A stretch of 64,000 bases of DNA, taken from assembly GCF_009914755.1 (NCBI RefSeq), contig NC_060931.1. The stretch is one strand, 5' to 3'. Made by a program: the position numbers and the translations under genes. This document shows positions 1 to 16,345 of the stretch, one piece after another; position 1 is the first letter of the stretch, and each line of letters starts with the position of its first letter. The notes below the pieces were generated by a model that saw nothing but the letters and a program-made list of their open reading frames with translations, was not told the DNA's origin and made no database searches. This DNA is from the human T2T-CHM13v2.0 reference genome, Homo sapiens.

Positions 1-174
1 TAAATGTTCTTAATATACTCTGCATCTTAGACTGTACTGAGATATTATTATTTCAAACATTTTCTCGCATTCTGTGTGTTGTCTTTTTGTTTTCTAGTTG
101 GTATTGCTTGAAGCACAAAAGTTTTAAACTTTCATGTAGTCAAATTTATCCATTTAAAAATCTTTTGTGTATTA

Positions 175-2140
<1,966 letters not shown>

Positions 2141-2489
2141 TAAATTGATTTCGTGACACACTAGTTCATAACCCTCAGTTTGAACAACTCTGACCTAGAC
2201 GCCTGCCAAGTCTTGGGAAAATAGGAAGGAGACAGATAATTAAGTTTGGGAGATGCATAGTCTAAGGCCAGGGTTCTCAATGTTGGCAGTGCAAGATCAC
2301 GTGAGGTACGACTGAACACGGAGATCTCCAAAACTGCGGAGAGTTTTGCGTGTGAACGTATGCACAGACATCTACATGGAAATGGCTGTAACGCATCCAG
2401 CCATAAGGCGTACGAGGGTATATATACTTACAGAGTTAAGAACCACTATTCTCAGGAGTTATATGACAGCCTGGGAAGACGCCCAGGAT

Positions 2490-3130
2490 GTAGGAACAGG
2501 GAGCAGGCGAGCGTGTGGCACCTTGAGGGTGCTCCGCGCGTCTCCGTAAAGCCAACGAGCCCCTCCTCTTCGCTGGCCTCTCCGGGGCCTTGCTGACTAG
2601 TGGTCGAAGCCACAGGACCAGGTGCGGGTGGCCAGCGTAACCCGGGCAGCCCCGCTGCTTCCCCTCGGCCGCGCCAGGACGCTCGGCACGCGGCGACGAC
2701 GGCCCCACAGTGCCCCGCGCGCGCAAGCGCAGGCTGCGGCTCCCGGCGTGCAGCTTGGTGGCGGCTGAGCCGGCAGCGGGCCGCCTCAGGCAGCCCCGGC
2801 CGGGCCGCCCGGGTCCCCGGCAGCGGGGTAGGATGGCGCTAAAGCGGATCCAGAAGGTACGCACTTTCCCACCCTCCAACTCTTTGGGTGTCCGAAGCGT
2901 CGAGGTGTGGGCGGGGCGCCGCTGCCGTGAAGTGAAAGGTGACGGAGGCTCCGCGAGTCGCGGATACACCTGCCTGGGAAGGAGGCAGAACAGCCTCCCG
3001 CGCAGCCTGAAAAGCGAACGCAGCCTGAGAAAGGGATTGCGCGAGCGCGGGGCGGGGCCGGGCCGTGGCCACGAGGGCTGCGTCATGCGGGCGGGGCGCC
3101 GTGGGGCCACCTGCAGGCTTCTGGACAGCG
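2490..3130. promoter_or_regulatory. CpG island / UBE2D4 promoter, probably bidirectional
   Basis: Dense CpG and very high GC around exon 1; GC box GGGGCGGGGC at 3049-3058; NRF1-like GCGCAAGCGCA at 2721-2731; no obvious TATA box. Confidence 0.9.
2833..2856 (+). CDS. UBE2D4: Ubiquitin-conjugating enzyme E2 D4, coding exon 1 (MALKRIQK)
   Basis: ATG in good context (AGGATGG), UBE2D-family N-terminus, donor AAG|gtac at 2857. Confidence 0.96.
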
Positions 3131-3573
3131 GGTTCCCCCTGTAGGGTATCCAGAAGGGCTGGGTGGGTATCCAGAAGGGTATCCAGGAAGAAGCTGGGTC
3201 CTAAGGGATGAGTAGGAACTCGGCAGGTGGGGAAAAGGGGAAAAGGCTTTCCCTGCAACGGGGAGACTACGAGGCTTGGAGGACTGACAGGGTAGCGGGG
3301 AAGCTGAAGGGCAGATGGTGTGGACTCGGGTGGTCCTTAGGAGCAGTGCTGAAGTAACTGGTTTTTATCCTGCAGGTAAGAGGGAGTCCATGAGGGTTTA
3401 ATGCATTCACTAGAATTTGGAAAACGCACAACAGTAGAAGAAAGAAGTATTTCTAATTCTATCACTTTACTATTTGTTAACATTTTAGCATACCTACCTT
3501 CAGTTTTTTTTCTATATTTAAAACAATTATACTGCATTTTGTATTCCACTTATTCACATAATAGTAAATGTAA

Positions 3574-3912
<339 letters not shown>

Positions 3913-4223
3913 TAATTTTTAACATTAACTTTTCACAAGTACATGACTAGTAACTTATTTAGTCATTACCTGTAGTAGGTAAAAGTATGGACTTGGGTGT
4001 CAGACAGACCTGGGTTAGAGAATGTGAGGTCACTTATAGTGGGACCTTGGGCAAGGCACTTTATCATTCCTAGCCTCCCAGTCCTACATGTTTACAGAGT
4101 TGTTTTGAGAATTAAATGCTATGAAATGTGTTTAGCACATGCTTGCTGTATACCAAACACTCAATACGAGTTAGCTGCTGTTATTGTTCAAAATTCTTCA
4201 CTAAGTATTTGCTGTTACGAACT

Positions 4224-4632
4224 GTGTATTAGTCTGTTTTGTGTTGCTATAAAGGAATATCTGAGGCTGGGTAATTAATAAAGAAAAGAGGTTTATTTGG
4301 CTCTCGGTTCTGCAGGCTGTACAAGAAGCATGGTGCCAGCATCTGCTTCTGGTGAGGCCTCAGGAAGCTTACAATCATGGCAGAAAGCAAAGGAGAAGCA
4401 GGCGTGTCACCTGGTAAGAGAGGGAGCAAGAGAGATGCCACCTCTTTTAAACACCCAGATCTCACATGAACTAATAGAGTGAGCACTCACTTATTATTGT
4501 GGGGGGGCCACCAAGCCATTCATGAGGAATCCGCCCCCACGACCCAGATACCTCCCACTAGGCCCCACCTCCAACACTGGCGATCACATTTCAGCATGAG
4601 ATTTGGGGGGGACAAATATCCAAACCAGATCA
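4224..4632 (-). mobile_element. MaLR solo LTR (MSTB-like)
   Basis: Starts tgtattagtctg...gctataaaggaata, contains ggttctgcaggctgtacaagaagcatgg, ends catgagatttgg...ccaaacc..atca; typical of MST LTRs. Confidence 0.8.
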
Positions 4633-7115
4633 ACCATCATTGTACAATGAGCCTTTTCCTTAATTCACATTACTGGGTTTGATTGCCAGAGGTGGAATTA
4701 CAGGATCTCTGAGAGTATGACTCTTTTTTTTTTTTTAAATAAATAGCTGTCCAAAAGAGAGATAATTCTGATGAGTTATTCTCTGAAAGGGGTCATCTGT
4801 CATCCTAGGACTTTGAAGCAGGTGAATGACATGCTGAGATCTGTGTTCTAAAAAGATCTTTCTGGCAGCAGTGTGGCCGGAAGTGGGACAGAGGGAGACT
4901 AGAGGCTGTTGTGAAGGTTCAGTAGAGGCTTTGTCCAAATTAATGACCATGGAATGGATGCTAGGCCAGAGCAGTGCCTGGACCACATTGCAGAAGTGGA
5001 ATTGACAGGACTCGAGGAGAGGATGTGGTGAAAGTGAAACAAGGAGGTGTACAAAATGGGTCACTTAGTGGATGGTGGTGTCAGTGTCTAGGATGGGGAA
5101 TCAGAAGTTTTGAAGGCAGGGAGGAGGGTAGGAGAGATTAAGGAATAAAGGTTTGAGCCTACATATTCAAATGTGTAGGCTGATAAGATTTATAAAAGGG
5201 AGCGTTTGGAAAAACAAGTTTGGGCCTTGAGCATGAAATGTCAACTATAGATCCAAGGTAATTGAAATCATAAGGCCAGGGAGAACTTTTCCTTGATAAG
5301 AATCAAGGACAGGCTGGGTACAGTGGCTCATGCCTATATCCCAGCACTCTGGGAGGCCGAGGCAGGTGGATTGCTTGAGTCCAGGAGTTGGAGACCAACT
5401 GGGCAACACAGCAAAATTCCATCTCTACTAAAAATAAAAAAATGGCCGGGTGAGGTGGCTCATGCCTGTAATCACAGCATTTTGGGAGGCCAAGGCGGGT
5501 GTATCATTTAAGGTCAGGAGTTTGAGACCAGCCTGGCCAACTTACTGAAACCTCTTCTGTAATAAAAATACAAAAAAATTAGCTGGGCATGGTGGTGCAT
5601 GCCTGTAATCCCAGCTACTTGGGAGGCTGAGGCAGGAGAATTGCTTGAACCCAGGAGTGGAGGTTGCAGTGAGCTGAGATTGTGCCACTGCACTCCAGCC
5701 TGGGTGACAGAGCGAGACTCTGTCTTAAAAAAAAAAAAAAAAAGTAAATAAAAATTAAAAAAAAAATTAGCCAAGCGTGGTGACACACACCTGTAATCCC
5801 AGCTACTTAGGAGGCTAAGGTGGGAGAATCACCTGAGCCCAGGAGGTCAAGGCTGCAGTGAGCCTCACCACTGCACTCCAGCCTGGGCAACCAGAGTGAG
5901 ACCCTGTCTTAAAACAAAAGCAAAACAAGAATCAAGGTCAGGGCTGGCTTCATGTGTGTGTGACGCATTCACTCTCACAGGGCCCCAGGCTTGGATGGGC
6001 TCTGCCTTTGGTTTTATGCTCTGCTGTCACTATCAGGAAATTCTTAATAATTATCGAACTTGAGACCCTACATTTTCACATTCACAAGGCCCTGCAAATT
6101 CTGTAGCAAGTCCTGGGGAAAAACAACAGAATTGTAGGAAATACAACTTTAAAAGTGTGTCAAGCCTGCCGTGGTGAGATGGCACCATTGGGCCACCACT
6201 AGTTAGGATGTCTTGGCTGCAAGTGACAGAGGCTGAGCTGCCCTTGTGCATGGAATTGGAGGTCCTGTGGCAGGACTTTGGGAGCAACTCAGTCCCCCTC
6301 TCCTGGTCTGTTCCTGTGTCACTCTGGGCTGAATGGCTCTGGAACACACAGCCTGCTGGACATCTGGGAGTAATAGAGACAACTGCTTCCAGAAGAACTG
6401 ATAAGAATATTCTCAGAAAGCCCAGCAGATCTTTTTTTCCCTTTGCCTTGTTATGAATTATGTCTCATGCTCATTCCGAAACCAATGAGTGGCAAGGAGT
6501 CTGGTTACTCTTAGACCTGGAGCTGACAGTGAGTTGACCAGAACTGAACAGCAGTCCTTCAGAAAGGAGGAAGGCGGATGGGTGCTGAGCAGGTAGCCAG
6601 CAGTATGCAAGCCTGAGCCAGGTGTGTGGTGTCTACTAGCTGCCCCCTTAGTTTACAATCCACAGCCCTTTCTAACCAACTTCAACCCTTTAAAAAAATG
6701 TTTTCAAATGAATGTTTCAAATTGAATATTTTTAGATGCACTTTTTAGTTAGTTAGTTAGTTAGTTAGTTTTTTGAGACAGGGTCTTGCTCTGTTACCTA
6801 GGCTGTAGTGCAGTGGCTCAATCATAGCTCACTGCAGCCTTGACCTCCTGGGCTCAAGCAGTCCTCCCACTTAGCTTTCCCAGTAGCTGGGATTACAGGT
6901 GCCTGCCACCACATCTGGCTAATTTAAAATTTTTTGTAGAGAGTGGATTTCACCATGTTGCCCAGGCTGGTCTCAAACTCCTAGGCTCATGTAATACTCC
7001 CACCTCAGCCTCCTAAAGTGCTGGGATTACAGGTGTGAGCCACTGTTCTCAACCAGGACAGGGTTATATGTGGCAGCATTTCAATTTTTTAATGGTTTTT
7101 TTTCTCTTTGATACG

Positions 7116-8748
<1,633 letters not shown>

Positions 8749-8960
8749 AATACATATTTAACACATATATTTTGCAATACATGTACTTTAAAGAAAATTT
8801 GGAAAATACCTGGCTAAGCAGGGTGGCTCACGCCTGTAATCTCAGCACTTTGGGAGGCCGAGGTGGATGGATCACTTGAGGCCAGGAGTTTGAGACAAGC
8901 CTGGCCAACATGGCAAAACCCTGTCTCTCCTAAATATACAAACATTAGCCGGGCATATTA

Positions 8961-9188
<228 letters not shown>

Positions 9189-9284
9189 TTAAAAAACTCA
9201 TCTCTAGTCATCTAAAGTGGGTCACTTTTTCTTGCTGGAATGTGTGCCATCCAGTTCCCCTCCTAGGGGCAACAAATGTTAAAG

Positions 9285-9320
<36 letters not shown>

Positions 9321-9472
9321 TATATACACACATATGTATGTGTGTATATATATAACATATATACACACATATATATACACATATGTATGTGTGTATATAT
9401 ATAACATATATACTTATATGTGTGTATATACATATACGTACATATATATGTGTGGGTGTATATATATATATA
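9285..9472. repeat. Degenerate (TA)n/(CA)n/(TG)n microsatellite
   Basis: Directly visible alternating purine-pyrimidine tract. Confidence 0.95.
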
Positions 9473-9665
9473 TTCTACCTATTCATGTAATTGTAGTTAA
9501 CATTTTTGTGGATTTCTTTTCAGTGCCTTTGATGTGTATGTGTTTCAGATTGTTGTCATGTAGTGCATCAAATTTTATACTCTGCTTTTTTCTTGCCCTT
9601 TTCCTCTAATGTTGTATCATGACATTTTCTCCTGTTATTCTGTAGTCTTTAAAAACTAATTTTCA

Positions 9666-10040
<375 letters not shown>

Positions 10041-10829
10041 CTAAAAATAAAAATAAAAAATAAAGAGAACTTGGAAATAAGATAATACCATATTCATCTA
10101 CTTCAAGATGAATATTTTTTCAAATGTTCACGTCTCTGAAATTGGGATGCTTCTTACAATAGCTGTCAGCCAGGTTACCTTCACTTAGATGTCACTATCT
10201 GTATGAGTAAACCATCATGGCAGTTCATTATGAGGTAAGTGCATTGCTGGTACTATATTTGTTGAGTTTAATTGTTTTAAAAATATTTTCAAAAAGATAG
10301 TGTGATTTAGCACTGAAAAGAAAAGCTTTTGTGAACACAGGCACAGAAACAGGACAACGACGAGTAAATTTCATAATAAGGGAGCAAATATTTGTTGTTG
10401 GAGGAAGGACTGGAATTTCCTAATTCCATGTCAAGCAACCAAATTCTTCATAGCCACAGAAAGGAAGGTACCACCTACCCTCAAGTTGGTGAGACTGGGT
10501 CATTTTTTTTTTTCTGGAATACGTGCAAATAGATTGTGTGTCATGGGCCTTTGCAGAATAAGTATTCATGGCTTGAAAGAAAACTCCAGAAAGAGTAGTA
10601 GAGGACTCTAAGAATTGCCACATTACCATTGTTTTGGAAGACACAGAGGATGATATTGTGTAGACATCAATGACTCAGTGTTGGGCTCTGAATGGGAAGA
10701 AACTTTAGGAATACCTGAACAAACCAGTTTATTTATTTCACTTGTTTTTCCTTTTTTTTTTTTTTGTATTCATGAATGATACTTAACAAGAAACACACAA
10801 AGCTATGTTTAAGCCTAAAATAATTCTTT

Positions 10830-12486
10830 TGATAAAAGTAATTTTAATTTTTTAATTTTTTGAAACAGAATCGCACTCTGTCACACAGGCGCAGTCTTGG
10901 CTCACTGCAACCTCCACCTCCCGGGCTAAAGCAATTCTTTTTTTTTTTTCCCACAAGAAGAAAAAGTACATTTTATTTAATGACCAAGTACACACACACA
11001 TTCACACACATGCATATGTACATATAACTAAAAAAAATTTTTTTTCTCATCACATGGGATGCATTGTGAAATATTCTACATTCTTTCATTTAAAGAAAAA
11101 TGCTGGTCACGTTTTAGTAAAAATCTTTCACAAATCACTAATATGTTACAATGCATAACTGCTCTAGAGCATTAACAATGCTAAGCTATAATTTTAGGGA
11201 AATATATAGTGGTGCTCCTTCTTAGAATTAGCCCATGTGGTATTTTAGGTACTCAACTCAGGGAAAAAAAAAATGTAACATAGCCTTGTTACCATGTATT
11301 CAGCCTGGACATGGTACATGCTTTCAGTGAGCTTAAATCACCTGTCTTCCTAGGCCCAAGATCTGAGGGAATGACTTCCAACTACGTAACAGGACCCTTT
11401 GTCTGTATTATACATTTTATATGTCTTTTTATGTACATTGTTTCACTTGTTCCTCACAACAACCCTGTGAGGTAGGGAGGGGAAAATATCAGTTACGCTT
11501 TATAGATAATGAAGTTAAGGTTCAGAGAGGTTAAGTGACTTTCTCAGTTACCTAGTAAAAGGCAGAGACAGAATAAGAACTATTAACTTTTAGGTTGGGG
11601 GCCCTTTTCTCTAAACCACATAGCTTTGGAGAGTATATTCTAACCCAAAATATTTTTACTGCTTCATCCTCATTTTCTTATTATTAATTCAACTTTTTAC
11701 AGAATACCATAAAAGACCTAATTCTAAATTCATCATGCTAAATTTATGCTTCTCTGTAAACTTATGGCCACAGAATACATATTTTTTTTTTTGGAAAGCA
11801 CTGTCACTTTGGCCCTAAAGGAACATAAGCAATATAAAGGGCCCCAGAGGCCAAGGAAATTGAAGAGAAGTCAGAAGAAGGGATATAAAATGGAATGTGT
11901 TAACGGATTTTAGTCCCTTTAAGTTTGCACTTTTGTGAGAGGGTTCAATGGAGAGCTTTAATGCAGATGAGACTTGAAGCTTTTGAAGAAGATCTAAGTC
12001 TTGATGAGGTTATTCAAACTCAGATCTTGAACGCATAATGATGATAGGCCATGGTCTTCAAAAACGTGGTACTTGATGCTCTCCCACAGTGCCAGGACTG
12101 GAATGTCACAATACATATAGATTCATGTTTTTGTCCATTAATGGTCTGTGGGTTTCTTTAAATGAAGCCCATTTTAGAGTCCATAGATATCAGTGTTCTG
12201 CGAAACTGTTGGGGATTGGAGGCTCCCAAAAGACCCCAGATGCTCTGCCCTGCCCATGGCATCACCCTCTAAAGCGATTCTTGTGCCTCAGCCTCCTGAA
12301 TAGCTGGTTATAGGCACATGCCACCAAGCCCAGCTAAGTTTTGTATTTGTAGTAGAGACAGGGTTTCACCATGTTGGCCAAACTGGTCTCGAACTCCTGA
12401 CATCAGGCGATCTGCCTACCTCGGCCTCCCAAAGTGCTGGGATTACCGGCATGAACCACTGTACACAGCCTGATAAAAGTAATTTT
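10830..12486 (-). mobile_element. Alu (minus strand) split in two by a 1.3-kb insertion
   Basis: Alu halves ~10846-10939 and ~12269-12470 join seamlessly; Alu TSD tgataaaagtaatttt at 10830-10845 and 12471-12486. Confidence 0.9.
10940..12268 (-). pseudogene. Processed (retroposed) mRNA fragment, 3'UTR-like, source gene not identified
   Basis: Poly(T) at ~10938-10949, AATAAA on - strand at 10972-10977, 14-bp TSD ctaaagc(a/g)attctt at 10926-10939 and 12269-12282. Confidence 0.85.
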
Positions 12487-14730
12487 TAAATACAATTAAA
12501 GTTTATGTGCAAAGAAAGCATTTGTGTTAGTTTATTTGCCAGCATGTTTTTTTTTTCCTAATTGTATGTAAAGTAAAATTGTGTCTTATAAAGGATGGAG
12601 TCTTGGAGTTGACGAAACACCGTAAAGGAATAACTGAGTGTGTACCATGGTTTGCTTAACTCTTCTCTACTACTATTCAATACTTTAACTTACTTTCTCT
12701 TTTTCGGAACTTCTCACTTTTATCATTGTTAATTGTAATAGTAATTACTATATAAACTTAATCTACTTAATCCTTTACAATTAATAAAATATTTATATAT
12801 TTAATGATTTGGTAATAAATTCCCATGGTTCAAAATGTGCACAGGATATACAGGGAAAAGTCTCCCACCCAAGACTGTCCCTAGCCATCCAGTTCCCCTC
12901 CTGGGTGGGCAACCAGTGTCGAAGTATTCTTCTAGAAATATATATATTCTACTTATTCCTCTCCCTTTTTATAATACTAATTGTAGCATTCTCTATACCA
13001 CTATTATCTTGATATTTACTGGGTGCTCTTGCTTACATTATATACATTAAAAACTTACATGCAAAATTTGTAGCCACACAATAGTACCGGCAAGTTGGCA
13101 GGCAAGTATGATTACAACTTAACAGGTAATTACACTGAGGCCCAAAGAGGTGAAAGTGATTTCCTCAGTGACGGAGCTTGGATTCAGACCTGAGTCTTCT
13201 AACCCTGAGGTGAGCACAGGAATTCGATGTGTGAGTGGACTAGTTTCTTTCAAGTCACACCATTCTTCCTTGAAATGCCAGTTAGTATTCGAAACTCCTG
13301 GGTGCTGGTTGGAGTCTAACAATAGGGATCCACACGTGGCCTTTCAGGGATCATTAAGTGCTGGTGTAACTGTTCATCACACCTCTAAAGGGGGAACATG
13401 GATTCTGCATATAGGCAGTGCAAAAGCATAGAGGTGTGGGAAAACCTTGTGAGGTGGAGGGGAATTGGTCTGTACTGCTGGCTTTTCCTGCCCCTGGCTG
13501 TTCATATAACCTCTTCAGGATTTGCCTTAGCAGTTCTGTCATAGGGCTAATTTATCCATGCAGTGTAGCAATGAATATAAACAATTCTCCTGCACAGTGA
13601 TAGTGGAGGTGCTGAGGGGCACATAGCAGAGAGGTAAGCTAAAAGGAACTGTTCCACAGAGATTTCTGTAGCTCTTGCATTTCTGAGCCTGTCCTTGGTC
13701 CCCTTGTATGACCTCACTTGTTCCCCAAGTTAAATTCTCTTTTGGCCACTCCTAATGCTGCTTCCTGAGTGCTTGCCAAGTATAATTCATTTTACTTATG
13801 AGGAAATGGGTTCAGATATATTAGATACTAATCGAGAATTGGCCAGTGGTATACTGGTAGATGTTTAAAGATCAACCCTCGGGGAGAAAACATGGCCCTG
13901 ATTTGTAGCATTTGCTGGCTTCTGTGATGTTAATACTTCCATCTTGGCTGATTAAATTTGAAGTGAAGGGGATAAATGCAGGATGGCCAGAGATGTGGTT
14001 ACTGAAATGATCAGCATGTCCAGAGACATATGGTGAAATCAGGAGAGTTTGTGTAGATAGGACAGTGTTTGGCTTAGTTCAGGGTTGGTGTCCCATAAAG
14101 GGAATCTAGTCGTGGTATAATCCCTGATCCCCACTGGTGCAGTGTTAAACTTTGGCTCACGTGCCAAAGTCTCCACATTCAGAGCCCTAGGACTTGCCAC
14201 ATAACCAGTGGTGACTAGGGTGATTGGGATGGTGGTTGGGGAGGTAAAGTAGAGAGATTAGCACTTCCTTGGTGCTGCTTCCATGCATTAATTCATTAGC
14301 CTAGCAGTAAAACCTGGCACCTATCCTTCTCCCAGAACTCTCTCCTGGGCTGCTTTTCTTCCATATCTTCAGCACCTGGGGGCCTGGGGATGTCCTCTAC
14401 CTGAGGAGGTAGGAGGCTAGGCTTGGGGGTAAGGCAGAGCTACATGTGACTGACTTCTTGCCCTGCCCTCTTCCAGCTCTGTACCTTGAGTAGGTAACTT
14501 CATCACTTTACAATTCAATTTCCTAATGTATAAAATGGAAATGATCATACCTACTTCTCTGGTATCTTTGTAGCAGGGAGTAGAGTCCTATGACCCACCA
14601 TGTCTCTAACCCCCTCCTGAGGCCTAGGAGCCTCCTCCCACCAGGAGAATTCCTTCCAGCTACCAAGATTGGTATGTAGAGGCAGCATCCCCAGCATACA
14701 GCAGCTCTGACCCACTCTCTCATGTTCTAG

Positions 14731-14832
<102 letters not shown>

Positions 14833-14834
14833 TA

Positions 14835-15234
<400 letters not shown>

Positions 15235-15879
15235 TCATTTGAGGTCTAGGCCATGAGTTCACAGCAGCTTGGCTGGTCAGCTTATACTCAAAGTAGAACC
15301 TGCACTGCCTCTCATGTCCCATAGTCACCGCTTCCCTCTTCTGGCGCATGAGAAAGCCAGCTTGGCCTGAGGAGTCACATCAGCTGCTGGAAAGTGCCCT
15401 TGGCCAAGTCAAACTTGGGTGCTGGTGTAAATATTGTTGGAGTTGGTCTAGAGGACCTGGTGCTGCTGCAGCTCCTGGGAGCAGAGCAGGACAGTGGAGG
15501 AGGGGCAGGGCAGGGTAGGGCAGTGGCCACTTGCCTCTGCCAAGGGGAAGGGCAGTCCCTATTATTTTCTCCCACTTCCACTCTTCCCTGGCGGAGACTG
15601 AAGCAGCAGCTCTGGGCAGCTTCTTGGGAGAGAGAGGGAGAAGCAGCACTGCCTGTTCCAGGCCTCTGCTGTCCCTCACAGGTGCTGGCCGAGGCTGAGC
15701 TGCCCAGCACTAGGGTTTCCAGGTCTGTCCTCTGCCCACTCACCTTGCCTCCACTTTGTGGGCTTCTTGGGCTCTGGGACACCAATCCTTCCCTGTGAGG
15801 CTTCAGTAACTGCAGCCATAGGAAAATAGGTGGGGAGGGGAGATACTATGTGTTCAAGGAGAGTGGTGTCAGAGGTACA

Positions 15880-16345
15880 TATACCAAAGAATCAAAAACA
15901 GAGTGAGACAGAATGTGTATGCCAATGTTCACGGCACCATTACTCATGATTTTCAGAAGCTGGTAACAACCCAAGTGCCCATCAGTGGATGACAGATAAA
16001 CAAAATATGGTTCTGATACACATTACAACATGAAAACATCCCAAGTGAAATAAGCCGGAAAGAAAAGAATGAATATATGATTCCACTTACATGAAATATC
16101 TAGACTAGGCAAATTCATAGAGACAGACGGTAGATGAGAGATTACCTGAGGCTGATGGGGGGTGGAAATAGGAGAAATATTGTTTCATGGATACAGAATT
16201 TGTTGGGGGTGATGGAAAGCTTTAGAAATGGATGGGGGTATGGTTCTACAGCATTGTGAAGGCATTTCATGCCACAGAATTGTACACTTTAAAGTTGTTT
16301 AAATTGCATATTTTATTATATATTTTTAACTACAATAAAAAGAAA
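15880..16345 (+). mobile_element. Old L1 (L1M-type) 3' fragment
   Basis: aacaacccaagtgcccatcagtggatg, ataaacaaaatatgg, aggcaaattcatagagacaga and gccacagaattgtacactttaaa motifs. Confidence 0.75.

Larger units (their letters stand above)
10086..12625. mobile_element. Old Tc1/mariner-superfamily DNA transposon (Kanga1-like) hosting an Alu and a retrocopy
   Basis: Degenerate terminal inverted repeats (ccatattcatctacttcaagat at left; gtcttggagttgacgaaacaccg at right) flanked by TA; family name from memory of the consensus. Confidence 0.5.

Noticed and set aside
2436-3144. Long ORFs (224 aa -, 144 aa +) across the CpG island
   Set aside because: Stop-poor GC-rich sequence; only MALKRIQK (2833-2856) is supported by splice sites and homology.
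9334-9609. Tyr/Ile-rich 91-aa ORF
   Set aside because: Translation of the TA/CA microsatellite.
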